The notes under the pieces were generated by a model. It saw nothing but the letters and a program-made list of their open reading frames with translations, searched no databases and was not told the origin of the DNA. Made by a program: the position numbers and the translations under genes. Positions 28,001 through 35,102 of a DNA stretch of 64,000 nt are shown piece by piece (positions within the stretch are counted from its first letter, which is position 1; every line of letters begins with the position of its first letter). The stretch lies in contig CP129474.1 of NCBI GenBank assembly GCA_030583765.1, forward strand, positions 405,168-469,167, in the 5' to 3' direction. Source of the stretch: Minisyncoccota bacterium. Its GTDB lineage: Bacteria > Patescibacteriota > Minisyncoccia > 2-02-FULL-40-12 > GWA2-44-9.

Positions 28001-29024
28001 CGTTATATACATCCCCATAGCGTCCATCGGTAAAGTAGTATGCAAAATCAATGGGATGGTTGGGGTTGGGAAGCGCGGCACACGTACTTGGGAACGGAGT
28101 CGCTATAGGCGCTGGGGTTGGTGTTGCCTGATTGCAGGATATGCCATAGTTAAACACTACATTAAAACCCTCTCCAGTACCTTCGCCATCGATAAGCCAT
28201 TCGGCGCCTTGCACAATGCGGCCACAGTTATATGCGCCAGTGTCGTAGCTGATGCGCCATTGCTGATTTTTTCCTTGGCCAAAGTGCGTTTCGCCACGAT
28301 CAAATCCTTGCGCCCACGTTGTGCCAGGCTCGCTGTTATTTCTACTCCACCCAGCAGTCGGTACGTGATCGGCATAGAATTTGAGGTTTACTTCTTTTCC
28401 AGTAGTGTTGTCCAACAAGCCTCCTGCAAAAATTTTGGAACACGAAGAGAGGGGATCGGTATTTTCCTGATCGCCAAATTTAGAAAAACTACACTCATCT
28501 GTTGAGCGCGAAAGATCCCACGAAAACGATCCTGGGGCCTGTGATGGAGGGTTGCATTCACCGTTCGAGCAACCATACTCACATGCGGGCTCTAGATTTT
28601 CTCCATTGCAATTACTGTAGTGCTGGAAAACATATTCTTTCCTCCCTACGCCATTGCATGAGCGATAGGTTTCTTCACACGCTTCTCCACTTCCGGATAA
28701 TCCAGGATTCTCTACGTTTTCCGCGTTGGTAATGATGCTCTGGCTGCCTGTGGAATTGTATGGATCAGTAGGGCACGAACCAACCTCGGCGTAGGTGCCG
28801 TCCGGACATTCTTCAAAGCCACTTTGCTCGAATGGTCCAGGCGCTGCACGGAACTCAGACAAACGGATAGACAGAAGTGTCCCACCGTAAGCGACGGCAA
28901 CAATAGCGAGCGTAGCGATACTAATAGTGAACCACCTTACTCTATGCAGTGCGTGCACAAAGAAGCCAATGCGCGAGGCTATGGCGCCAAAGAGTTCAAC
29001 GAGAGAATCTCGCCCTGATTGCAT
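24987..29024 (-). CDS. Giant (1345 aa) cell-surface protein
   Basis: It begins with an N-terminal TM segment, a Cys-rich segment and a TIM-barrel-like, hydrolase-like region. Next come (PT)n linkers, three Ig-like repeats, DUF11-like domains and the sorting signal VSTGIAE + TM + RLHRWK. All were read from the translation. Confidence 0.75.
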   Translation of the reverse strand: MQSGRDSLVELFGAIASRIGFFVHALHRVRWFTISIATLAIVAVAYGGTLLSIRLSEFRAAPGPFEQSGFEECPDGTYAEVGSCPTDPYNSTGSQSIITNAENVENPGLSGSGEACEETYRSCNGVGRKEYVFQHYSNCNGENLEPACEYGCSNGECNPPSQAPGSFSWDLSRSTDECSFSKFGDQENTDPLSSCSKIFAGGLLDNTTGKEVNLKFYADHVPTAGWSRNNSEPGTTWAQGFDRGETHFGQGKNQQWRISYDTGAYNCGRIVQGAEWLIDGEGTGEGFNVVFNYGISCNQATPTPAPIATPFPSTCAALPNPNHPIDFAYYFTDGRYGDVYNEVSSFTNTYHAWVRRGYESHSEESDDVWIPKMDAAVRRAFEDNKNIYLALGMERDQVTDTTINRVLDMMRPYWSKVTRIELGDEPNWTRAQTEQRIKDIEAKLRARNLAQRPVGVVYTDDQLMQQDMLFSDGLDWVGIEAYIDPPGSNTSSTNVGALSSFLSRAKQRVPASKDIVIVMMAYARNGSWTNLTTLKDLQAPAYYAAYNDRRVKAITMFSYGRPSGTREHGDTLRAVHRAIGYKILGIPCSGATPTPTRTPTTTPAPSATPGPQTLACVPSSRVVAPGQEVIFTATGGTGTYQWSAPRATTSAGTGTSFSTRYTLNTPRLLCPISSDTIPIFNAQLLGPTCLDQHTVTVRSGAETTSCLVLVAPEPVPVSSSPTPIISIQPSSTPAFTPTPTSQITPTPTAPVTTTPSPSSQATPSPTPSPTTLVNIPPQIPSAPLACTPLNQIITRGQAANIFATGGTGAYAWSTSNGIPRTGGASVFRTTPDSPGTHIVTVVSGGVSQACSIVVQETPASENNQTLACEPLSQSVSVGDDALIRARGGSGTYTWSSGAGTPSQGTGASFTTRFSAPGSRSVTVSDGTRSAVCGVTVRQATATSQNPTTQADSISLAIGFREPEATGAFTNTLSRTPGQNVAMRILVETQSVSALTNASLTLALPSTVSLVPNSLRTSSGAVDGRTVRIGSISGTRTIEISGTLSVANESAFAIGTTVIPITASLTSDTHGRIAHAGTLSIFRASPQIGNSNNQGGENISPGIPAITLSLSGRNLSRGATQLSQETRAMQGETLELALLVRAIHTTNNATATITLPEYLTFVPGTLSINGVQDANADIRRNIALGSLRAGDTVSVRFSTKTELRAGIGTQALVTRAAVEATNLSRVQAEHATILMGGGLRDASAVSTGIAESLLIALGGAFIVAGTWLGITRLHRWKTGEARELAAQSTTFNFATAPLTLVLLGIASIAITPPGDVDFSGSQAANVIECNIQSDGSITCALPPENK

Positions 29025-29077
29025 TACTCACAGTATACCTCTGTGCATGCGAGATTGCATGCATTTTTGTCCACATC

Positions 29078-29707
29078 TTACTCAAAGACGCGCTCTGCAT
29101 AGACCGCGATGCGACGATAGTTTGTGCCAACCGGCCAGCAACTGAGGAGCACAAGGCTGGGGGTGTTTGTCTGCTCGAGCTCGGTGAGGCGCGCATCATC
29201 GGCAAACGGGTTAAAGACAATAGATTTTTTCATTTCAAATACAAACGTTCTCCCGTCTTCATATCGCACATAGAAGCGCTCGCCTGGGTGGAGCTTGCCG
29301 AGCAAGGCAAACACGGAGCCGTATGCTCCACGATACCACGGATACGCTGAGCTGTGTCCTAAAACGATTGCGATGCCGTCTTGTCCCGGTTTCACGCTAT
29401 TACCATAGTGGACAACGCCGTCTTCGAGGCGCTCATAGATATCATCGTTCTGTGGCGGAACGTTAAAGACTATTGGAGCATCAACGCCGAGCCGATCAAT
29501 AACGAGGCGGGCGTTATGAGGGAGCGGACGCTGGGCGATGTCGTCGGCGAGAGGAAAGAGCGTCGGGATTCCAGCGAGAGAGTCGTCTCGGATAATAGTG
29601 CCCGGAGCAACGAAGTACCGAATGTTTGCGCCCACAAAGCGAATATTGAGGAGGCTAAAAATAATAATGAATGAAAAAGTAAAAATGCCCGCAAAGCGAA
29701 TTTTCAT
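29078..29707 (-). CDS. Sortase (transpeptidase)
   Basis: An N-terminal TM segment, then LVIDRLGVDAPIV, a catalytic His in IVLGHSS, Cys in LVLLSCWP, and Arg in YRRIAVYA. This is the sortase TLxTC/His/Arg triad pattern. Confidence 0.75.
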   Translation of the reverse strand: MKIRFAGIFTFSFIIIFSLLNIRFVGANIRYFVAPGTIIRDDSLAGIPTLFPLADDIAQRPLPHNARLVIDRLGVDAPIVFNVPPQNDDIYERLEDGVVHYGNSVKPGQDGIAIVLGHSSAYPWYRGAYGSVFALLGKLHPGERFYVRYEDGRTFVFEMKKSIVFNPFADDARLTELEQTNTPSLVLLSCWPVGTNYRRIAVYAERVFE

Positions 29708-29788
29708 GGCACGCGCATGGTTGTGGAGATGTGGGGGCATATAACACACAGCGCCCTCGCGGGCGCTGTGTAGTGTGCATCACAAACG

Positions 29789-32566
29789 TTATGCCGTTAG
29801 TGACCGCCCGCGCTGGCGAAGTAGCTGAGCTCCAGTATAGCGCATGTGGCCGTAGGTGACGAGCATACTGCCAACAAGTGCGAGCACGGCGGTGTCTGCT
29901 GGTCCTGTGGGAACCTTTCCAACAGTACCAATCGACGTACGGGAGATGGGCAGCGTCGCGGAAACCTGGGACGCATTATCTGCGCGCGCATACCCAACAT
30001 TAATGACGTTATATGTGCCAGAAGGGAATGTGGTCCCTGTGTTTGTGCGCGTCGAGAAGCGAACGCTCGCCTCTTGATTTGGTGCGAGTGAGCCGATTTG
30101 GATACCTCCGCTGGTGACGCCATCGCCAACGGCAATACTGTTTACACCGGTTGAGCCACCGAGATACGTGAATCCTTCGGGAAGCGTATCCCATACCACG
30201 ACGTTTGAAAGCGTCGTGCTGGTTGTATTGCGAACGCGGAGTGTAAATTCAATTGTTTCATTTGATCCAACGACGAGAGATGAGGACTCCGTAACCTGTC
30301 CACGCGAAATATTGCGTCCAGTTTTCTGAATAGACATCTGTCCGTTGCCCGGGTTGCCATAGCCTCGTGAAACATTCACGAGAGCGGTGTCGGAGACGCT
30401 CCCCGTATTGTTCGCAGTTGCAGTTGCAGTGTTGACGAGCGTGGTTGTGCCGCTTGAGAATGCAGAGTCGTTGTCGACAGTTGCGCGGAATCGCACTGTG
30501 ATCGTGCGCCCCGAGCTATAGGATCCGAGGTTGAGACCGGAAGACGTGAGTGTGTCGCCAGTGTAGGAGCCATCGATAGTGGTGCTTCCCGAAACGTAGG
30601 TTGCGCGATGGGGCAACGCATCGGTGAGACGCAAGTTTTCGACATATGTGCCGCCATGAATATTAATGCGAATGACGTATTCCAGTGAGTCGCCCGGGTC
30701 GGCGGCAACGACGTCTTGCTCATTTGTGCCATCCGAGATGTTGCGTACCTGTTTCGTAAGGGAGATATTTGCGGATGAGTTATTGTTGCCAATGCGAACG
30801 GAGCACGTTGCGGTCTGGTTTCCGCTCGAGAGATACACCATATTCGTGGTGTCGTATGAGCTATACCACCGTGTCGAGAAGCTCGAGCCCGTGCCATAAT
30901 TCGGATCGCCACCCGAGGCGTTCCATGAGTAGGAGCCAGTGCCACCGTTTGCGTAAAAGTACACCGTTTGGCCGCTCTGAGCGTTCTGATATGACGGTGA
31001 GCAGGAGAGAGATTGGTTCTGCGTCGGCTGTACGTATACGGAGCACGTTGCGGTCTGGTTTCCGCTTACCACCTGCACATTGCGTGTGCCAGAATATGAG
31101 AACGAAGAGGTGAAGTTTGAGCCGCTGCCAGTTGTTGGGTTGCCATCATACGCAAACCATGAATATGTTCCGTTGCCACCCTGTGCGAAGAAGATGGCGT
31201 TTTGGTTGATAGTAACTGTTTGGTTCGCTGGCGAGCAGGTAAGAGTCTGGTTCTGCGTCGGCTGTACGTTCACTGAGCATGCTGTGCTTTGGGTGCCGCT
31301 CACTACGTACACATTGCGTGTGCCTGGAGTACTAAACGTTGTGGCGAAGGACGCGTTTGAGCCAAAACTTGGGTTGCCGTCGTATGCGTTCCAGATATAT
31401 GAGCCAGTGCCACCGCTTGCCACAAATTGTGCCAACTGTCCTACAAACACTGTTTGGTTTGCTGGCGAGCAGGTAAGAGTTTGATTTTGTGCGGGCTGCA
31501 CTGTTACAACGCAGGTAGCGCTTTGAGTGCCACTGACAAGATACACATTGCGTGTGCCTGGAGTACTAAACGTTGTGGCGAAGTTTGAGCCGGTTCCGTA
31601 TGTTGGGGTGCCATCATACGTGTTCCAGACATAAGTGCTCGCTCCGCCTGAGGCAGAGAATTGCGCGAGCTGCCCCACGACAACCGTTTGTGTGGTGGGT
31701 GAGCATGAGAGAACTGTTGGCGTTGGAGTCGGGGTTGGTGTGGGAGTGACGGTTGCGCCACAAGCTTGAGCGGTTACGGCAACGGCGACCGTGTTTGAAG
31801 AAACGAGCGGGTGAGCTTTTACACGGTAGGTGTATGTGTTGCCGAGAGAAACTGCGGTGTCGGTGTAGATGTTGCTGTTGTATGCCGGTCCTGGCGTGAT
31901 GAAAAATCCCTCGCCGCCGTTGATGGTTTTAATGACTCCGTTCGAATTGCGATTCGCAACAAGATTCCACGTAAGGTTAATGCGTGGATTTGTGCCACCA
32001 ACGCATTGCGCTGAAAGCGTAGGGGAGGTAGGGAGAACTGTTGGCGTTGGGGTCGGGGTTGGTGTGGGGGTTGGTGTTGGAGTGGGAGTTGCGATGGCGC
32101 CACAGTAATTTGGGTGTTCAAATTTATCTATCGATGCTACGAGATAGTGCCCACTTGTTGGTCCACCGAAAAATGGAGGCGTGAGCGGCTCGCCCTGGAA
32201 CAAATCTAGCTGGTATTTGCAGGTTGTCGGGACGCTTACCTGCAGACGGGTTGAGCCAATGGTTTCTCCCGGTGCAAGAGTAAACGTCTTTGCATCATGA
32301 AGCGTTTGGTTAGCGAGTTCGCCATTTGGATTAACGCGATATGACGCAATGCCAATGGTGTATGTGCATGATGTAGAACGGTTCTCGATCCACGCCATTG
32401 CACGTGGGTCCTGGGCGCTACCAGTTGCGGTGAAATGTCCAAAAAGATGTTGAGACGCATCGTCACAGACATCGGCAGCAGTGACAGGTGTGCCAGAAAG
32501 GGCCCCAGAAAAGAGGAAAATGGCAAAAAAGACACCGATTCCTGCCCATGGAGTGAGTTTTTGCAT
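29789..32566 (-). CDS. Large (925 aa) cell-surface protein
   Basis: The translation reads signal peptide, N-terminal Cys-containing domain, (PT)n, an FN3-like domain, four tandem Ig-like repeats, and two DUF11-like domains. It ends with the sorting signal VPTGPAD + TM + basic tail. The Ig-like repeats are encoded by tandem DNA repeats of about 230 bp. Confidence 0.8.
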   Translation of the reverse strand: MQKLTPWAGIGVFFAIFLFSGALSGTPVTAADVCDDASQHLFGHFTATGSAQDPRAMAWIENRSTSCTYTIGIASYRVNPNGELANQTLHDAKTFTLAPGETIGSTRLQVSVPTTCKYQLDLFQGEPLTPPFFGGPTSGHYLVASIDKFEHPNYCGAIATPTPTPTPTPTPTPTPTVLPTSPTLSAQCVGGTNPRINLTWNLVANRNSNGVIKTINGGEGFFITPGPAYNSNIYTDTAVSLGNTYTYRVKAHPLVSSNTVAVAVTAQACGATVTPTPTPTPTPTVLSCSPTTQTVVVGQLAQFSASGGASTYVWNTYDGTPTYGTGSNFATTFSTPGTRNVYLVSGTQSATCVVTVQPAQNQTLTCSPANQTVFVGQLAQFVASGGTGSYIWNAYDGNPSFGSNASFATTFSTPGTRNVYVVSGTQSTACSVNVQPTQNQTLTCSPANQTVTINQNAIFFAQGGNGTYSWFAYDGNPTTGSGSNFTSSFSYSGTRNVQVVSGNQTATCSVYVQPTQNQSLSCSPSYQNAQSGQTVYFYANGGTGSYSWNASGGDPNYGTGSSFSTRWYSSYDTTNMVYLSSGNQTATCSVRIGNNNSSANISLTKQVRNISDGTNEQDVVAADPGDSLEYVIRINIHGGTYVENLRLTDALPHRATYVSGSTTIDGSYTGDTLTSSGLNLGSYSSGRTITVRFRATVDNDSAFSSGTTTLVNTATATANNTGSVSDTALVNVSRGYGNPGNGQMSIQKTGRNISRGQVTESSSLVVGSNETIEFTLRVRNTTSTTLSNVVVWDTLPEGFTYLGGSTGVNSIAVGDGVTSGGIQIGSLAPNQEASVRFSTRTNTGTTFPSGTYNVINVGYARADNASQVSATLPISRTSIGTVGKVPTGPADTAVLALVGSMLVTYGHMRYTGAQLLRQRGRSLTA

Positions 32567-32574
32567 ATGCTTGT

Positions 32575-32603
32575 ATTCTACAATAAAATGTTTTTAAAGT
32601 CAA
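32575..32603 (-). promoter_or_regulatory. sigma70-like promoter for the surface-protein/sortase operon (minus strand: TTGACT, 17-nt spacer, TAGAAT); the predicted TSS is essentially at the ATG, so the mRNA would be leaderless
   Basis: The reverse complement of 32598-32603 is TTGACT and of 32575-32580 is TAGAAT. The ATG lies at 32564-32566. Confidence 0.5.
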
Positions 32604-32654
32604 TTACGGCGGGTGGCGAAAACCAAAGGTTTTTCAAGCATTATATCACACCAC

Positions 32655-32729
32655 TGGTGCCCTCGCGTGGAATCGAACCACGATTACAAGTTCCGGAAAC
32701 TTGCGTCCTATCCGTTGAACGACGAGGGC
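32655..32729 (-). tRNA. tRNA-Arg (anticodon CCG)
   Basis: Cloverleaf GCCCTCG...CGAGGGC-A-CCA, anticodon loop TTCCGGA, and T-arm GTGGTTCGATTCCAC. Confidence 0.85.
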
Positions 32730-32770
32730 TTTCATGAACTCTAGTATGCGCCACTCGGTGCTGACAAGCA

Positions 32771-32794
32771 AAAACCCGATACATCGGGTTTTTG
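32771..32794. terminator. Bidirectional hairpin AAAACCCGAT-acat-CGGGTTTT between tRNA-Leu and tRNA-Arg
   Basis: Read directly from the sequence. Confidence 0.45.
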
Positions 32795-32798
32795 CTTG

Positions 32799-32885
32799 TG
32801 GTGCCCGGGGTGGGAATCGAACCCACACGGCCTTTCGGCCACATCATTTTAAGTGACGTGCGTCTGCCAGTTTCGCCACCCGGAC
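32799..32885 (-). tRNA. tRNA-Leu (anticodon UAA), type II with a long variable arm, CCA encoded
   Basis: Acceptor GTCCGGG/CCCGGGC, anticodon loop CTTAAAA, variable arm TGGCCGAAAGGCCG, and T-arm GTGGGTTCGATTCCCAC. Confidence 0.85.
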
Positions 32886-33356
32886 TTTGCTTTTGTTTTT
32901 TCCTCGATGCGTTGCCTGAAGGCTATGACAATTAGGGCAAAGAATGCGTAAGTTTTCAATCCTATTATCGCTGTGGTCGCCGTTTATATGATCAAGCTCG
33001 ACTGGTATTCTGCCATCTTTTGCAGTTTTTGCCCAGCTGCACTCCTCGCATTGTGGCTGTTTTAATCCTGCCAAGAAAAGACGCTTTTTTAACTTAAAAC
33101 TTTGGAAAGCGCTACCACGCACAAGGATGTCTTCTAGTGTTCTACGTGGTTTCCCGATGCCTCGGAGACCCTTATTCCACGCAGATCCAGTGAAATGATC
33201 TATGGGAACTTGTAGCGCTGTTAGCCTCGCCTTAATGCTTTGGTAGTTCCCGCCGGCGGGGATGAGGTTGAGGCGACTAATAACTTCACGGATGCTTTTG
33301 CTCCGTTGTGTGGCTGTGCGAAGTTTAGCGTCGCTCCACGTGCGTCCTCTTGGCAT
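32844..33356 (-). CDS. Free-standing HNH endonuclease (homing-endonuclease-like), inserted between tRNA genes
   Basis: ELDHINGDHSDNRIENLRILCPNCHS carries the HNH His-Asn-His and Cys4 motif. The last roughly 40 nt of the ORF overlap the 5' half of tRNA-Leu. GC is lower than the flanks. Confidence 0.8.
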   Translation of the reverse strand: MPRGRTWSDAKLRTATQRSKSIREVISRLNLIPAGGNYQSIKARLTALQVPIDHFTGSAWNKGLRGIGKPRRTLEDILVRGSAFQSFKLKKRLFLAGLKQPQCEECSWAKTAKDGRIPVELDHINGDHSDNRIENLRILCPNCHSLQATHRGKNKSKVRVAKLADARHLK

Positions 33357-33412
33357 AAAGCTATTATACCACAGGTAAGCGTTTTAAAAAATGATGCGAC
33401 TACCTAAACGAA

Positions 33413-33486
33413 TGAGGCGCAGGTGGGAATCGAACCCACGCGTGGGAGTTTTGCAGACTCCTGCGTTACCACTTCGCCACTGCGCC
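33413..33486 (-). tRNA. tRNA-Cys (anticodon GCA)
   Basis: Acceptor GGCGCAG/CTGCGCC, anticodon stem-loop GGAGT-CTGCAAA-ACTCC, and T-arm GTGGGTTCGATTCCCAC. Confidence 0.85.
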
Positions 33487-33495
33487 AGAGATGAG

Positions 33496-35061
33496 TTATG
33501 AAAGTGCTTGGGCAACTTTCTCTTCAGTGTATGCCTCTAGAATGTCTCCTTCAGCGATTTCGCGTTGTGCGCCGGTGATATCAATGCGCAGACCCGCTTC
33601 TAACCCCTCGCGGACATCTGCGGCATCTTCCTTATTATGCTGGAGCTGGGTGAGCTTGCCAACATATGCATCGCCAACGCGTAAGAGGGTGCCGCGGCTC
33701 ATCTTTCCTGAAGTTACGCGCCCACCCACAATACATGACCGCCCCTCTTTTTTAAAGACTGCTAAAATGCGCAACTTTCCTTGGGCGGTTGCGATTGTTT
33801 CGGGTTCGAGAAGTCCTGCCATTGCCTCTCGCACGGCATTGACCAATTCATAGATAATATCAAACGTGTGAATCGAAACTTTTTCTCGTTCTGCGAGCTT
33901 TTCAACGGATGCGCCAGCGCTTACACGAAATCCAAAAATTGCTGCTTGGCTTGTACGTGCTGTGCGCACGTCAGCATCGGTGATAGAGCCAACGCCGTAA
34001 TCTAAAACCGTAATACCTACGCGAGTAGAGCGGATCGCGCGCAGTGCACTCTCAAGCGCCTCAAGAGAACTCGTAACGTCAGCGCGGAGAATGATGGGAA
34101 GCGTTTTCTCATATGCTGGCGTATCTGCCATCGCTTCTTTCAAAAACTGGAAGAGGGGAGCAATGTTTATGTTGGTATCGCGAGCTTCTTCCGCTTCTTC
34201 CTTTGTGGCTCGCGCATGGAGTTCACGACCAATAATAGGGGCCTCATTCCAGCCGGTGATGAGTATTGGTTGTGAGGGAACCGCTTCGGTCATAGACGCG
34301 CCCGTGAAGTCTTCGAGTGAGCGAATCTTTGCAACCATAGTGCCCACCGACACCCAGTCGCCAGTGTGTACGGTACCTTTCGTGACGAGCGCCGTTGCTA
34401 CAAATCCTCGGCGCTTGTCGAGGTGTGATTCAATAATAATGCCTTCGCCGGGAACGGCTCGTTCATCGGGGAGTTCGGCGAGGTCTGCTACCAACAGCAC
34501 CATGTCGAGTAGCTCATCAATGCCCGTGCCGTTCTTGGCGGAAATTTCTACAGCGGGCACGGTGCCGCCCCATTCTTCTACGAGCACTGACTCTTGGGCT
34601 AAGTCTTGTTTGACCTTTTGAGGGTTTGCGCCCTCGCGATCTACCTTATTAATAGCAACGACAAACGGAATTCCTGCCTCTTGAATGATAGAAATCGCTT
34701 CTTTCGTTTGTGGCTTGACGCTTTCATCGGCAGCAACCACAAGGATGGCGACATCGGCGACACGTGCGCCACGAGAGCGAATGGCGGTGAACGCCTCGTG
34801 CCCGGGGGTGTCCAAAAAGGTAATGAGACGGTTCCGTGCGGTGGCTTGGTAGGCTCCAATATGCTGGGTGATGCCTCCTGATTCGCGCTCAGCAACGCGC
34901 GTCTTACGAATGGTATCGAGAAGCTTTGTTTTGCCATGATCCACATGCCCAAGTACAACCACGATAGGTGGGCGTGCGGCTTGTGTGTTTGGTGTAGATG
35001 CTGGTGCCATAGTGAGCGACTCACCATACCACGCTTTTTTGGCGTTGACAATGAAACTCAT
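33496..35061 (-). CDS. infB: Translation initiation factor IF-2 (short form, G domain to C-terminus)
   Basis: [28 protein letters not shown], and a C-terminal beta-barrel region; 521 aa. Confidence 0.9.
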   Translation of the reverse strand: MSFIVNAKKAWYGESLTMAPASTPNTQAARPPIVVVLGHVDHGKTKLLDTIRKTRVAERESGGITQHIGAYQATARNRLITFLDTPGHEAFTAIRSRGARVADVAILVVAADESVKPQTKEAISIIQEAGIPFVVAINKVDREGANPQKVKQDLAQESVLVEEWGGTVPAVEISAKNGTGIDELLDMVLLVADLAELPDERAVPGEGIIIESHLDKRRGFVATALVTKGTVHTGDWVSVGTMVAKIRSLEDFTGASMTEAVPSQPILITGWNEAPIIGRELHARATKEEAEEARDTNINIAPLFQFLKEAMADTPAYEKTLPIILRADVTSSLEALESALRAIRSTRVGITVLDYGVGSITDADVRTARTSQAAIFGFRVSAGASVEKLAEREKVSIHTFDIIYELVNAVREAMAGLLEPETIATAQGKLRILAVFKKEGRSCIVGGRVTSGKMSRGTLLRVGDAYVGKLTQLQHNKEDAADVREGLEAGLRIDITGAQREIAEGDILEAYTEEKVAQALS

Positions 35062-35102
35062 AAAGAAAAGGCGGCTAACCGTGCGTGGGCACGATTAGCC
35101 GT

